From the IMG/VR virus record IMGVR_UViG_3300047388_000109, positions 1-61,194 of that record: a stretch of 61,194 nt of DNA. One strand, given 5' to 3'. The notes below the pieces were generated by a model, which saw only the letters and a program-made list of their open reading frames with translations, did no database searches and was not told the origin of the DNA. Made by a program: the position numbers and the translations under genes. Below, in pieces: positions 1 through 9,216 of this stretch (position 1 is the first letter of the stretch; the number at the start of each line of letters is the position of its first letter). This stretch comes from a virus (taxonomy: Duplodnaviria > Caudoviricetes).

Positions 1-46
1 CTGCCACTGCGCATCGGTCGCTACGACATCTACGACGCAGACTGAC

Positions 47-703
47 ATGCCAAACCGCTGGATTAAGGAGCAGTACAAGTCGTCCGAGCGCCTAGAGGCA
101 GCTGGCGTACACGGGCGCGACCTGTGGGTGCGGTTGCTGGTGACGTGCGACGATCACGGGCGCTACCACGGCGACCCGAGACTGATCGCGAGCGCCTGCT
201 ACCCCCTGAACCCTGACGTCCCGAAGTGCAAGCAGGGACTCGCCGACCTCGTCGATGCCAAACTTCTGGTTATATACGAGGTGGCCGGTAAGACCTATTT
301 GCAGCTAAGGCAGTGGTACGAGCGCCCACGTTATAAGAGCCGCTTCCCGTTAGTGCCAGAAGATATAAGCAATAGAATCAATGCAGAAGACTTTAGCGAA
401 CTTCAGCATGCTAAAGCACTCTCCCCACGCCATATAACCACGTCCACGATCACGTATAGTGCGGTGGAGGGCTTTTCTGGGATTACCCCTGCTGACATGA
501 AGGTCTGGGGTGAAGCCTACCCGGCCATCAACCTTACCGGCGAGCTGGCAAAGGCGGCGGCGTGGCTGAAGGCGAACCCGAAGAACACGAAGTCGAACTA
601 CGACCGCTTCCTGACGAACTGGTTTGCCCGGTCGCAGGACCGCGCGCCGCGCGCGCCGGGCCCACGTACCAACCCTGACGGCAGCTTCAAGGTAGCTCTG
701 TGA
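47..703 (+). CDS. phage replication initiator (O/replisome-organiser-like)
   Basis: N-terminal LWVRLLVTCDDHGR wHTH-like segment; C-terminal helical ELAKAAAWL...FLTNW domain; directly upstream of a helicase. Confidence 0.7.
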   Translation: MPNRWIKEQYKSSERLEAAGVHGRDLWVRLLVTCDDHGRYHGDPRLIASACYPLNPDVPKCKQGLADLVDAKLLVIYEVAGKTYLQLRQWYERPRYKSRFPLVPEDISNRINAEDFSELQHAKALSPRHITTSTITYSAVEGFSGITPADMKVWGEAYPAINLTGELAKAAAWLKANPKNTKSNYDRFLTNWFARSQDRAPRAPGPRTNPDGSFKVAL

Positions 704-1590
704 GCGATCTTCCCATCCTGAGCCCGGTCGAGCTGGCCGGGGCAACATCTGCCCTCTACGACACCGGTCTGACGCCCGGGGACAGCACCGGGTTCGACCT
801 GCTGCGCGAGTTCTATACCGTGGGGTCGTCGCAGTGGACTTGCGTCACCGGCTACCCCGGCAGCGGTAAGTCGGAGTGGGTCGATCAGGTCATGGTCAAT
901 CTTGCCCGCAACAGCAAGTGGAAGTTCGCGCTCTACTCGCCGGAGAACTACCCGCACGAGCTGCACGTCTCGAAGCTGGCCGAGAAGTTCGTTGGCAAGC
1001 CGTTCGGTGCCGGCCCGACAGAGCGCATGTCGAAGAGCGAGCTGAGCAACGCGATGGCGTGGGTGATGGAGCACTTTATCTTCCTCGACCCGCACCAGAA
1101 GGACTACCGCTCGCTCCTCGACGCGGCGGTGAAGTTCCGCTCAGCGTCGAGGAAGTTCGGGGTGCTGCTCGACCCGTGGAACGCGCTCGAAAGCCTGCGC
1201 GCGCCGAGTATGAGCGAGACCGACTACATCGGCCGCGCGCTGACCGACGTGGTGAGCTGGGTTCGCGACTACAAGCTGCACATGTGGATCGTCGCCCACC
1301 CGGCGAAGATGCTCCGCGACTCGACCGGAGCGCGCCCAGTTCCAACGCCATACGACATCTCGGGAAGTGCCCACTGGTTCAACAAGGCCGACAACATCAT
1401 CACGGTCCACCGCCCGGACATGCACGACGACGTCACGGAAATCCACGTACAGAAGGTACGATTCAAGAATTTGGGGAGGGTAGGTGGTGGGAAGCTGCGG
1501 TACAATCGAGTCACAGGGCAGTACCATGACATCCCAACAGGATTCAAACTTGACGCAAGAGCCGAGCCGCCACCAGAGGTTCCTTGGTGA
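700..1590 (+). CDS. SF4 (DnaB/Twinkle/T7 gp4-like) replicative helicase, no primase domain
   Basis: Walker A VTGYPGSGKS, LLDPWN, IVAHPAK, YDISGSAHWFNKAD, VQKVRF motifs. Confidence 0.9.
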   Translation: MSDLPILSPVELAGATSALYDTGLTPGDSTGFDLLREFYTVGSSQWTCVTGYPGSGKSEWVDQVMVNLARNSKWKFALYSPENYPHELHVSKLAEKFVGKPFGAGPTERMSKSELSNAMAWVMEHFIFLDPHQKDYRSLLDAAVKFRSASRKFGVLLDPWNALESLRAPSMSETDYIGRALTDVVSWVRDYKLHMWIVAHPAKMLRDSTGARPVPTPYDISGSAHWFNKADNIITVHRPDMHDDVTEIHVQKVRFKNLGRVGGGKLRYNRVTGQYHDIPTGFKLDARAEPPPEVPW

Positions 1591-1597
1591 CAGCTGG

Positions 1598-1852
1598 GTG
1601 CTTCACTCGATTCCCCCGCAGGACGAGCGGCTGATCGCCGCCGTCGACAGTCTGCGGGAGCGTGGCCTTTGGCCGGCTGCGCCAGCTGACAGGGTGCCTC
1701 TCGACATCGCGATGGAGATTGACGCGGTTCGACACATGACACCGGAGCAGCGGCGCGACATGCCGTTCGAGGTTCACGGGAACCACTACCTGAGGAAGTT
1801 GCAGTTGGTTGCTGAAGAGCTGGGGGCAATGGGAGGGGACGATGTTGATTGA
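1598..1852 (+). CDS. hypothetical protein (start uncertain)
   Basis: ORF fills the gap between the helicase and the next gene; phage-like codon usage. Confidence 0.55.
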   Translation: MLHSIPPQDERLIAAVDSLRERGLWPAAPADRVPLDIAMEIDAVRHMTPEQRRDMPFEVHGNHYLRKLQLVAEELGAMGGDDVD

Positions 1853-2135
1853 CCGCACAGCCGGCGGCCGGCTGAAGGTGAAGCCGCATGTGGAGTGGCG
1901 CGACAACGCTGTCGAGTTGATCCGCACCTTCGCACGCAATAGGACGCGGAAGTTCGCTGCGATTCACCTGATGCTGTTCGCTCAGCGCGAATGGTTCCCG
2001 GAACCGCCCGACCTGCGCGCATGGGGCCCGGCGTTGGTGCAGGCTCAGTACGACGGCATCATCAAGAAGGTCGGCACAATTAGCGCGCCCGGCTACCGCA
2101 GGGGAGCTAAGGTGACGCTGTGGCAAGCGGCGTAA
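1842..2135 (+). CDS. hypothetical protein, possible wHTH
   Basis: GGAGGGG RBS before ATG 1842; RAWGP motif. Confidence 0.7.
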   Translation: MLIDRTAGGRLKVKPHVEWRDNAVELIRTFARNRTRKFAAIHLMLFAQREWFPEPPDLRAWGPALVQAQYDGIIKKVGTISAPGYRRGAKVTLWQAA

Positions 2136-2329
2136 TCTGGACGTTGGGTGGAGGCACGATTGCTGATGACGGCAAGCCGTACTACTGCACCTACAACGAC
2201 TGGACGCTGGCGCGGTACCGAGTGAACGGCGTGTGGAAGTTCACGCTGTGGAAGGGCAAAGGAATGGTTGGCTTCTACGATTCGGTGGAGGCTGCGAACA
2301 CAACAGTCCATGAGACGGAGACGAAGTGA
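2120..2329 (+). CDS. hypothetical protein
   Basis: GGGGAG RBS; overlaps both neighbours. Confidence 0.65.
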   Translation: MASGVIWTLGGGTIADDGKPYYCTYNDWTLARYRVNGVWKFTLWKGKGMVGFYDSVEAANTTVHETETK

Positions 2330-3030
2330 GCATCCCGACGAAGTCGCTTGAGTTTTTGCTTGAGAGCTGGCGTGACCACAGCAAGACGGGGTTCCACGTC
2401 ACGTTCCTTGTGAGCCCGGAGGATCAGGAGTTCTTCAAAGCCTGTCCGCAGGGCCAGCGGTTCACGGCCGTGCTGGTGAAGTTGACCGACGAGGACAAGC
2501 CTGCACCGCTGCCGACGGCAGCCGACCTGAAGCGCGAAGAGGCGGCGCGCGCGAAGCGCGGCGCAGCGGAGGCCAAGGCGCACGGCATTACCGTGCCGGA
2601 GCTGGCTGCGCAGCAGTCGCTCCCGTTGCCGGGGCCGGGGAACATCGGGTCGCCGGAGCAGAAGGCAGAGCAGCACGCGAAGAACACAGAGATGTCGCGC
2701 GCGGTTGCTGAGCTACCGGTGGCAGAGCCGTACCATCACAAGTTCCCGTCTGGCCTCTGCGGGCTCGCCGTGAAGTGGTGCCAAGACCCGCACTTCCACC
2801 AGTGGTTGAAGAGAGACCGGCCGGTGGAGTGGGACGACGCCCGCGACGAGTCAGACATAGACGAATCGACGGCGAAGAACTTCATTTGCGGATGCTGCGG
2901 CATCGAGTCGCGCAAGGAGTTGGATACCAACGACGCGGCGGCGGCCACCTTCCGCACCGACTTCATGGGGCCGTACGCGGCGCAGAGACTGAAAGATGGA
3001 ATCGACGCCCCCTCCGACGCCCCCTTCTGA
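2326..3030 (+). CDS. conserved phage hypothetical protein
   Basis: GTGA overlap; C-terminal WCQDPHF...CGIESRKELD motif. Confidence 0.75.
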   Translation: MSIPTKSLEFLLESWRDHSKTGFHVTFLVSPEDQEFFKACPQGQRFTAVLVKLTDEDKPAPLPTAADLKREEAARAKRGAAEAKAHGITVPELAAQQSLPLPGPGNIGSPEQKAEQHAKNTEMSRAVAELPVAEPYHHKFPSGLCGLAVKWCQDPHFHQWLKRDRPVEWDDARDESDIDESTAKNFICGCCGIESRKELDTNDAAAATFRTDFMGPYAAQRLKDGIDAPSDAPF

Positions 3031-3286
3031 GCCGAAGGTCCGCCGCATGGCGGAAGACAAGGCGTTCCACGCCAACAACGCGTACGTCGCTGAACTCGAA
3101 CGCATTCACGGCGGCGACCTGAACATGATGGTCGTGAGCGTAATCAACGCGCAGCTCAACATCCTCTCCTCGATCCACGAGGGTGACGAGAAGGCAGTCG
3201 CCGCGATCTACATGCGCAACGCTCAGGGCGTGGTGAACCGCCTGCTCGACGGAAGCGTGGAGCTGGCGAAGGGGCCGCGCCATTAA
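2996..3286 (+). CDS. hypothetical protein
   Basis: tightly packed ORF with high GC3. Confidence 0.65.
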   Translation: MESTPPPTPPSEPKVRRMAEDKAFHANNAYVAELERIHGGDLNMMVVSVINAQLNILSSIHEGDEKAVAAIYMRNAQGVVNRLLDGSVELAKGPRH

Positions 3287-3599
3287 CTTCCGCTCACGCA
3301 AGTTGCTTGACCTCGCGCACCGCATCAATGTTTGCACGAACTGCTGCTGCTATGTTGTCGAGGGCTGCGAGCCGGCGCACGAGAACGGAGTGGAGTCCGG
3401 CAAGGGGTTCGGCATCAAGGCACACGACCATCGTCACGCTGCCCTATGTCATGCATGCCACGCGTGGTACGATCAAGGAAACACGATGGACCCGTCTGGC
3501 CTTTACGGGCCGAGCAAGTCAGACAAGGCTGAGATGTGGAACCGGTCGCACAAGTTGACGTACGACCGCTATTGGCAAGAGGGATGGATTTCGGTATGA
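3282..3599 (+). CDS. DUF1364/HNH-like Zn-binding nuclease-domain protein (start ATT 3282 or TTG 3303)
   Basis: RSRKLLDLA, CxxC, PAHEN..GKGFGIKAHD, ALCHACH motifs. Confidence 0.7.
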   Translation: MNFRSRKLLDLAHRINVCTNCCCYVVEGCEPAHENGVESGKGFGIKAHDHRHAALCHACHAWYDQGNTMDPSGLYGPSKSDKAEMWNRSHKLTYDRYWQEGWISV

Positions 3600-3883
3600 G
3601 CGAGCCGACCGTTCAAGTCATTCGCCCCGCCGGCTTCGAGTCATTCGACACGTCGCGTGAGGGTGACCTGCCTGAGTGGCGGGCCCTGCGCGCGCTGCTG
3701 GTGTCGCCGTCTGGGCGCAAGGCGCTGACCGTCGCGATGCTGGCGACCGAGACGCCTGACGCATGCTTCGGGCGCGTGCTCCAGTTCTGCAAGGCCAAAA
3801 GCAAGGCTGACCTGCTTCAGGGTGAGCCGCTTCTGTGGGTGAGACGGCTCATCGCGCGAGCCGCAAACGTGAGGGCGACTTGA
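3596..3883 (+). CDS. hypothetical protein
   Basis: ATGA overlap with the upstream stop. Confidence 0.65.
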   Translation: MSEPTVQVIRPAGFESFDTSREGDLPEWRALRALLVSPSGRKALTVAMLATETPDACFGRVLQFCKAKSKADLLQGEPLLWVRRLIARAANVRAT

Positions 3884-4416
3884 GACCAACCCTTAGAGAG
3901 GCAATGGCGATGACCATCGCCCACGGCGACCTGCGCCACAACATCCTGCGCGAGACCGGTGCTGACCGCATCGGAGCCCTCGGCCGCGCCGATCCACTGG
4001 GGGCCGCGCTCTGGCGCGTCTCGGACGACCACGACCACCGCTCGATGATCGCCGCCACCCGGATGCTCGCGCAGCAGCTGCGCCGGTCCCGGGAGTCGCT
4101 TCCCATCCTGATGCGTCTGGCCTCGGCCGTCATCCGAGAGTGGCTGGACAACAAGTGCCGGAAGTGCAAGGGCCGGGGTTTCATGATGAACGAGGAGCAG
4201 GTGGTTCACGTCTGCACGCACTGCCGTGGGGAGACCATCCGCCGGCCGTCGGACGCCGAGCGCTGCCGAGCCCTGAAGATCGACCGCCGGGCATACCCCA
4301 AGTGGGAGCGCCGGTTCGCCGACGCCCACGCCGTAGTCGCCAACGCCAACGACGCCGCCCGCCGGCAAGTCGCGCGTCAGCTGGAGCGCGGTTGGCGTGC
4401 TGAGCTGGTCGACTGA
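3880..4416 (+). CDS. late antitermination protein Q-like (Zn finger)
   Basis: CRKCKGRG...CTHCRGE finger; last gene before a promoter-terminator-lysis block. Confidence 0.7.
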   Translation: MRPTLREAMAMTIAHGDLRHNILRETGADRIGALGRADPLGAALWRVSDDHDHRSMIAATRMLAQQLRRSRESLPILMRLASAVIREWLDNKCRKCKGRGFMMNEEQVVHVCTHCRGETIRRPSDAERCRALKIDRRAYPKWERRFADAHAVVANANDAARRQVARQLERGWRAELVD

Positions 4417-4470
4417 TATAACCGCTGGATATAACGGCAGTGGTGTGGTACACTTGAAGTAGTAGAACCA
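4415..4470 (+). promoter_or_regulatory. pR'-like late promoter
   Basis: extended -10 TG-G-TACACT (4446-4454); -10-like TAGAAC just downstream; tandem GATATAAC repeat upstream. Confidence 0.45.
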
Positions 4471-4499
4471 CGGGCGGAAGTGGCGGGCCCGCGATGAGC

Positions 4500-4570
4500 A
4501 AGGCGAGCACAAGCGAAAGGCCGCAGGACACCGTGGTCGTGAGTCGCTTCTGCTCGCCTTTTTCTTTTGT
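4500..4570 (+). terminator. tR'-like intrinsic terminator
   Basis: AAGGCGAGCA..AAGCGA / TCGCTT..TGCTCGCCTT stem followed by TTTCTTTT. Confidence 0.7.
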
Positions 4571-4609
4571 TATCAAGGAGATAAACCATGAGTTTGAAGG
4601 CATAACACC

Positions 4610-5035
4610 ATGACACCAACGCGCAAGCCCTCTGGGCATACGGTGTCCAATGAGGTCTTGAGCGAGCAGGTCAAGGGCGTCTCTGGTCGCATCGACCAGA
4701 TCGACGTCACGCTTCGAGCCGTAGCCGAGTCGCTGACCGCGTTCGTTCGTCTGGAGGAGCGCCACGCGGCGCTCATCAAGCAGGTGGAGACCATCGTCAC
4801 CGAGATGACCACGCATCGCGAGGAAGACGACGATAGGCACGAGTTGATAGACGCGCGCATCAAGAGCGTGGAGTCGTCGCTACCCGGTCTGAGGGAGGTT
4901 CGGAGATGGGTGATCTCGTTGGTGCTCGGCGTGGTGGCGCTGGTTGGGATCGGCATCTACAACGGCTACATGAGCCACGAGCGCTCGACCACGCCGCAGC
5001 CGGTCTACAGCTCTCCGGGGCCCGTGGAACGCTGA
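4610..5035 (+). CDS. membrane-anchored coiled-coil protein (possible holin/antiholin)
   Basis: coiled coil plus one C-terminal TM helix; TGATG-coupled to the endolysin. Confidence 0.6.
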   Translation: MTPTRKPSGHTVSNEVLSEQVKGVSGRIDQIDVTLRAVAESLTAFVRLEERHAALIKQVETIVTEMTTHREEDDDRHELIDARIKSVESSLPGLREVRRWVISLVLGVVALVGIGIYNGYMSHERSTTPQPVYSSPGPVER

Positions 5036-5676
5036 TGGGCTGGCGTGACTCGCTCGTCAGCGTCTTCTCGGGTTCGCCACCCGACGGTACGACCCCACCT
5101 GCCGCGACGTCACCCGCCGGGCCCGCGCCGTACGAGATTTCGCACCTGCTGGCGGCTGGGATCGAACGCAGGCTCGCTGCTGTCTACCTCGACCCACTGA
5201 ACGCGGCGGCCATCAAGTTCGACATCGTTACCCCCATCCGGGCGGCGATGTTCCTCGCCCAGATCGCATGGGAGTCCGAGGACTTCAAGGCGGTCGAGGA
5301 AATCTGGGGTCCGACCCCGGCGCAGGTGGGCTACGAGAACCGGGCCGACCTTGGCAACAACCGCCCGGACGCTGGCGGCCCCGGCAACGGCCGCAGATGG
5401 GCCGGACACGGGCTCATTCAGGTCACCGGGTACCTGAACCACCTCGCTATGGCGAACTACTTCGGCATCCCCATCGACGGCATCGTGGCGTGGCTCAAGA
5501 CGCCTGAGGGTGGATGCCAGAGCGCCGCCATGTACTGGTTCACCCACGGTTGCAACGAGCTGGCCGACCGGGGTGACTTCATTGGGGTGACAAGGAAGAT
5601 AAACGGCGGCACCAACGGGTTGCCCGGGCGCAACGCCATCTTCAGCGCCCTCGTCAAGGCATTTGGGCTTGCATGA
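5035..5676 (+). CDS. endolysin, glycoside hydrolase family 19
   Basis: AMFLAQIAWES, GHGLIQVTG..N, TRKINGGTNGL motifs. Confidence 0.9.
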   Translation: MGWRDSLVSVFSGSPPDGTTPPAATSPAGPAPYEISHLLAAGIERRLAAVYLDPLNAAAIKFDIVTPIRAAMFLAQIAWESEDFKAVEEIWGPTPAQVGYENRADLGNNRPDAGGPGNGRRWAGHGLIQVTGYLNHLAMANYFGIPIDGIVAWLKTPEGGCQSAAMYWFTHGCNELADRGDFIGVTRKINGGTNGLPGRNAIFSALVKAFGLA

Positions 5677-5730
5677 GGGCGATGCCTCTGGCATACTCCA
5701 GTACCCACTAACCCACGTAAGGGGTAGCAG

Positions 5731-6207
5731 ATGGCTTCGTACGTCGACGTTGACCCGAACCAGAAGTTCGATCCGTTCTACGAAAAGCCGACGCCGGACC
5801 CGGCCCTCGTGCCGCCCGCGTTGCGCAAGCCTGAATTCCAAGTAAAGGACAGCGGTGTGCGGCATGAGTTCGAGTCCGGCATGCGCCGCGACACGTCCGA
5901 CAACAAGACCGACGTCGAGCTGATCTTCAACGGCCCGATGGCGGACCGCTGGGCAGAACACCTCACCAAGGGTGCGATCAAGTACCCTGACCCGGAAATC
6001 GGCGAGGCGAACTGGATGCGCGCCAACGGCAAGGCCGAGATGGTGCGCTTTCGCAAGTCAGCTGTGCGGCACTTCCGCCAGTGGCTCCGAGGTGACATCG
6101 ACGAGGATCACGCGTCAGCCGTGTTTTTCAACATCAACGGTTACGAGTACACCAAGGGGAAACTGGATGACGACAATCGCAGCCAACCGTCGAGGGATGT
6201 CGGCTGA
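5731..6207 (+). CDS. dATP/dGTP diphosphohydrolase-domain protein (DUF5664-like)
   Basis: FESGMRRD, LTKGAIKY, NWM, SAVRH, EDHASAVFFN. Confidence 0.75.
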   Translation: MASYVDVDPNQKFDPFYEKPTPDPALVPPALRKPEFQVKDSGVRHEFESGMRRDTSDNKTDVELIFNGPMADRWAEHLTKGAIKYPDPEIGEANWMRANGKAEMVRFRKSAVRHFRQWLRGDIDEDHASAVFFNINGYEYTKGKLDDDNRSQPSRDVG

Positions 6208-6628
6208 TCGCAAGATCAGCGGCTACAACTACACGACACCGAAAATTCAGATCATCGGCGACTCCATCGTTGGGGTGGCCGGCCTCGTGACGGCCACCAA
6301 CAAGTTCTTCACGTGGTTCCGTGCCGGGTGCCCTGCGGACGGCGCTCCAGAGCTGGTGGAGCTGGACAAGGAGAACGACTCGCCGTTCAGCGCTCTTGTG
6401 CTCAACCGAAGAGGGTTGTTCATCTACAACGAGGCGTGTGAGCCGGACAAGGTGGTCGAGGCCAACATGGCAATCGGCACCGGAGGTGACGTTGCCGTCT
6501 ACTGCATGCGTATCCGGGGGATGTCTCCGGCTGCTGCTGTGCGCGAGGCGGCGCGTCTTGAGGCAGCGCTTACTGGACCGAAGGTCGACAGCATCCCGCT
6601 GTCGGCGGTGCCCAAGGTGAAGGGATGA
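6167..6628 (+). CDS. HslV/proteasome-beta-like Ntn hydrolase
   Basis: N-terminal MTTIA; SADRKIS, KI, GVAG, AIGTGG. Confidence 0.7.
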   Translation: MTTIAANRRGMSADRKISGYNYTTPKIQIIGDSIVGVAGLVTATNKFFTWFRAGCPADGAPELVELDKENDSPFSALVLNRRGLFIYNEACEPDKVVEANMAIGTGGDVAVYCMRIRGMSPAAAVREAARLEAALTGPKVDSIPLSAVPKVKG

Positions 6629-7584
6629 TGACAACAGAGGAGCTGGTCAAGCACTACGGTGGAGTCACGAAGGCTGCGATAGCCACCGGCACGCCACGTA
6701 CCACGCTTCAGTCTCGCCTCGAACAGGAGAAGGTTGGTGTCAACCGCACAACATCTGTCGTGGTGCCGTGCGCAGTGCCGGCCCCTATTAAGCTGGCGAA
6801 GATGCGGCCCAGTGTGCATGCGGCCAAGCACTTCATCCTGCCAGACCCGCAGTGTCGACCGGGCGTCCCGCTCGATCACATGCGCTGGGCGGGACTCTAC
6901 TGCGCGAATCGGAAGCCGACGAAGGTAATCAATCTCGGCGACCACTGGGACATGCCGTCGCTATGCTCGTACGACAAGGGCAAGCGCGCGGCAGAGAACA
7001 TGCGCTACATGATCGACATCAAGGCCGGCAACAAAGGGATGGAGCTGTTCATGGAGCCCATCGCCGAAGAGCTGGAGGCGTGCTGGAAGCGCGGCGAAGA
7101 GTGGAGCCCTGAATTCCACTTGACGTTTGGCAACCACGACTGGCGCGCTGAGCGTGCGGCTGACGACCAGCCTGAGCTGGAGGGCCTTGTCGGCTACGCC
7201 AGCTTCGACACGACGGGATGGATCACGTACCCGTTCCTCGAAGTGGCGATGATCGACGGCATCGCGTACTCGCACTACTTCACCAGCGGCACGATGGGAC
7301 GCCCTGTCACGACAGCGCGCGCCCTGCTGACGAAGAAGCACCAGTCCTGTGTCATGGGGCACGTGCAGCGGTACGAGACCGCGATGGACTACAACGCAGA
7401 AGGCAAGCGCATCACAGGGCTGTTCGCGGGATGTTTTTATCAACATGAAGATGGGTACAGAGATACCCAAAGCAACATAGCCACTTGGCGCGGCGTTCAC
7501 GTGCTTTATGGCGTCAACGATGGAGAATTCACCCACAATGCGGTTGACCTTCCGTATCTGAAGGACCGCTTCGGTGGCAAGTAA
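6625..7584 (+). CDS. calcineurin-like metallophosphoesterase with N-terminal HTH
   Basis: PDPQ, LGDHWD, GNHD, YSHY, MGHVQ motifs. Confidence 0.85.
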   Translation: MMTTEELVKHYGGVTKAAIATGTPRTTLQSRLEQEKVGVNRTTSVVVPCAVPAPIKLAKMRPSVHAAKHFILPDPQCRPGVPLDHMRWAGLYCANRKPTKVINLGDHWDMPSLCSYDKGKRAAENMRYMIDIKAGNKGMELFMEPIAEELEACWKRGEEWSPEFHLTFGNHDWRAERAADDQPELEGLVGYASFDTTGWITYPFLEVAMIDGIAYSHYFTSGTMGRPVTTARALLTKKHQSCVMGHVQRYETAMDYNAEGKRITGLFAGCFYQHEDGYRDTQSNIATWRGVHVLYGVNDGEFTHNAVDLPYLKDRFGGK

Positions 7585-7867
7585 CAGAGCGGCGTACAAC
7601 AGGGCGTGGCACAAGGCGCACCCGGACAGGATAGACGGCAACAGAGCGCTGGTGCTGGCCGCCAAGAGCGGCCCGTGCATGGACTGCGGCGGCGTGTTTC
7701 ACTATTCTGTCATGGACTTGGATCACGTGCGCGGCGAGAAGCGATTCGCGCTCGCGCTCGCCGGTCATTACAGCAAGGCGGTGGTAGAGGCTGAGATAGC
7801 AAAGTGCGACTTGGTGTGCTCGAACTGCCACCGCATGCGTACGTTTAAGCGACGGGGCGGCCCATGA
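7574..7867 (+). CDS. HNH endonuclease
   Basis: CMDCG, DLDHV, KCDLVCSNCHR. Confidence 0.85.
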   Translation: MASNRAAYNRAWHKAHPDRIDGNRALVLAAKSGPCMDCGGVFHYSVMDLDHVRGEKRFALALAGHYSKAVVEAEIAKCDLVCSNCHRMRTFKRRGGP

Positions 7868-8292
7868 GCGCAGAAAGTATAATCAGCAACCTGTCGTACT
7901 TCGTCAGCGCATTCACGTGGGGCAACATCTTCCTCACGCTCGCGTTCATCTTCGCGATCTACCTGCTGTACCGCCTCAACAAGGACGACGCGCGCTTCGA
8001 CATCGCTGACCTGTTTATTGATCAGGGTACGCAGAAGGCCAGCGGCAGCCAGATCATCGTGCTGTCGATGGCCATCCTGAGCGGGTGGGTCGTCGTGACG
8101 CTGACGAATCGCGACAAGCCTGTCGAGACGATTCTGCTCGGCGTGCTCGGCATCTTCGTTGCCGGCAAGGCGCTCACCGCCATCTGGGGCAAGACGCCGC
8201 CAGACACCACAACAACAACAGTCTCACAGACGACGGCGGTCACGCCGCCGCCAGCGCCGCCAAGTGCGCCGCTACCAACAATCGGAGGTTGA
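7864..8292 (+). CDS. putative holin (3 TM segments)
   Basis: three hydrophobic helices; upstream of the spanins. Confidence 0.6.
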   Translation: MSAESIISNLSYFVSAFTWGNIFLTLAFIFAIYLLYRLNKDDARFDIADLFIDQGTQKASGSQIIVLSMAILSGWVVVTLTNRDKPVETILLGVLGIFVAGKALTAIWGKTPPDTTTTTVSQTTAVTPPPAPPSAPLPTIGG

Positions 8293-8293
8293 T

Positions 8294-8587
8294 ATGGAAC
8301 TGATCATCGGAATCGTAATCGGCGCGGCCATCTGCGCCTTCTTGCTTGGACATCACGTTGGAGCGCTGTCAGGTTACATCAAGCGCGCGAAGGAGTTCGA
8401 GGTGAGCGCACTGGCTGCTATCAACACCAACCAGACGCCCAAGGCCACCGGCTTGCTCGCGAAGATCGAATCGCATCTCGGTAAGCTGGCTGCGACGCCA
8501 GCGCCTGCCGCAGCTCCTCCGGCCTTCGTGCCGAACGCGGGCTTCGTTACCGGGAGCACTGTGCAAGACGGTGCTCTGAGAGCATGA
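8294..8587 (+). CDS. membrane-anchored hypothetical protein
   Basis: GGAGG RBS; N-terminal TM. Confidence 0.65.
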   Translation: MELIIGIVIGAAICAFLLGHHVGALSGYIKRAKEFEVSALAAINTNQTPKATGLLAKIESHLGKLAATPAPAAAPPAFVPNAGFVTGSTVQDGALRA

Positions 8588-9216
8588 CAGAGTGGCTGCC
8601 CTCCCCTTGGTGGATGGCGGGTACGGGTACTGCCCTGCTTGTGGGCGCGGGCCTCGTCTTCTTCTTCTTTCACCTGCTCCGCATAGCGCTGATGATGGCG
8701 GCTATCGGTCTGGTTCTGGGGTTCGCTGCCTCGGTTGCGTTCGGCTACGAGGAACTTGGGAAAGACAAGATTCGTCCAGAGCTGGTGAAGGCGCAGACTG
8801 AGCTGAGTCGTCTCGCGGCAGCCGCCGCTCAATTCCAGATCGACGCCGCAGTCGCACAGAAAAAGGCGGTTGACGCCAATCGTGCCAAGAACGCTGCGCT
8901 GTCGCAGCTGAAGGCCAAGGAAAAGGAACTGCTCGATGCACAAGACAAGTTGGTTGCCAATGCTCCTGTTGGTGGCGCTGCTGGGGTGTTCCTCAACACC
9001 GTCATCGCCAACGTCAACGATTCCAGCTTTGGACCCGGAGCTGGCGACGCGGCCAGAGCCGCTGCTGCCGTTTCCTCTGCCAGCGTCGTACGCCAGTGGG
9101 AAGAGTGGGGTGCCTACTGCGCCAACGAATACGGCAAAGTCAGCGCCCGTGTCGACGGACTCCAGACCTACGTCAACGGCCTCAACGCCGCCGGCCAGCG
9201 CGCCGTCGGCAATTGA
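8584..9216 (+). CDS. Rz: i-spanin (Rz-like)
   Basis: N-terminal TM segments, Ala-rich coiled coil, overlapping lipoprotein gene. Confidence 0.75.
   Translation: MTEWLPSPWWMAGTGTALLVGAGLVFFFFHLLRIALMMAAIGLVLGFAASVAFGYEELGKDKIRPELVKAQTELSRLAAAAAQFQIDAAVAQKKAVDANRAKNAALSQLKAKEKELLDAQDKLVANAPVGGAAGVFLNTVIANVNDSSFGPGAGDAARAAAAVSSASVVRQWEEWGAYCANEYGKVSARVDGLQTYVNGLNAAGQRAVGN

Noticed and set aside
5731-6207. Z-genome (2-aminoadenine) system suggested by the DUF5664-like gene
   Set aside because: No PurZ, DatZ or phage DNA polymerase is present in the window, and the domain occurs widely without Z.
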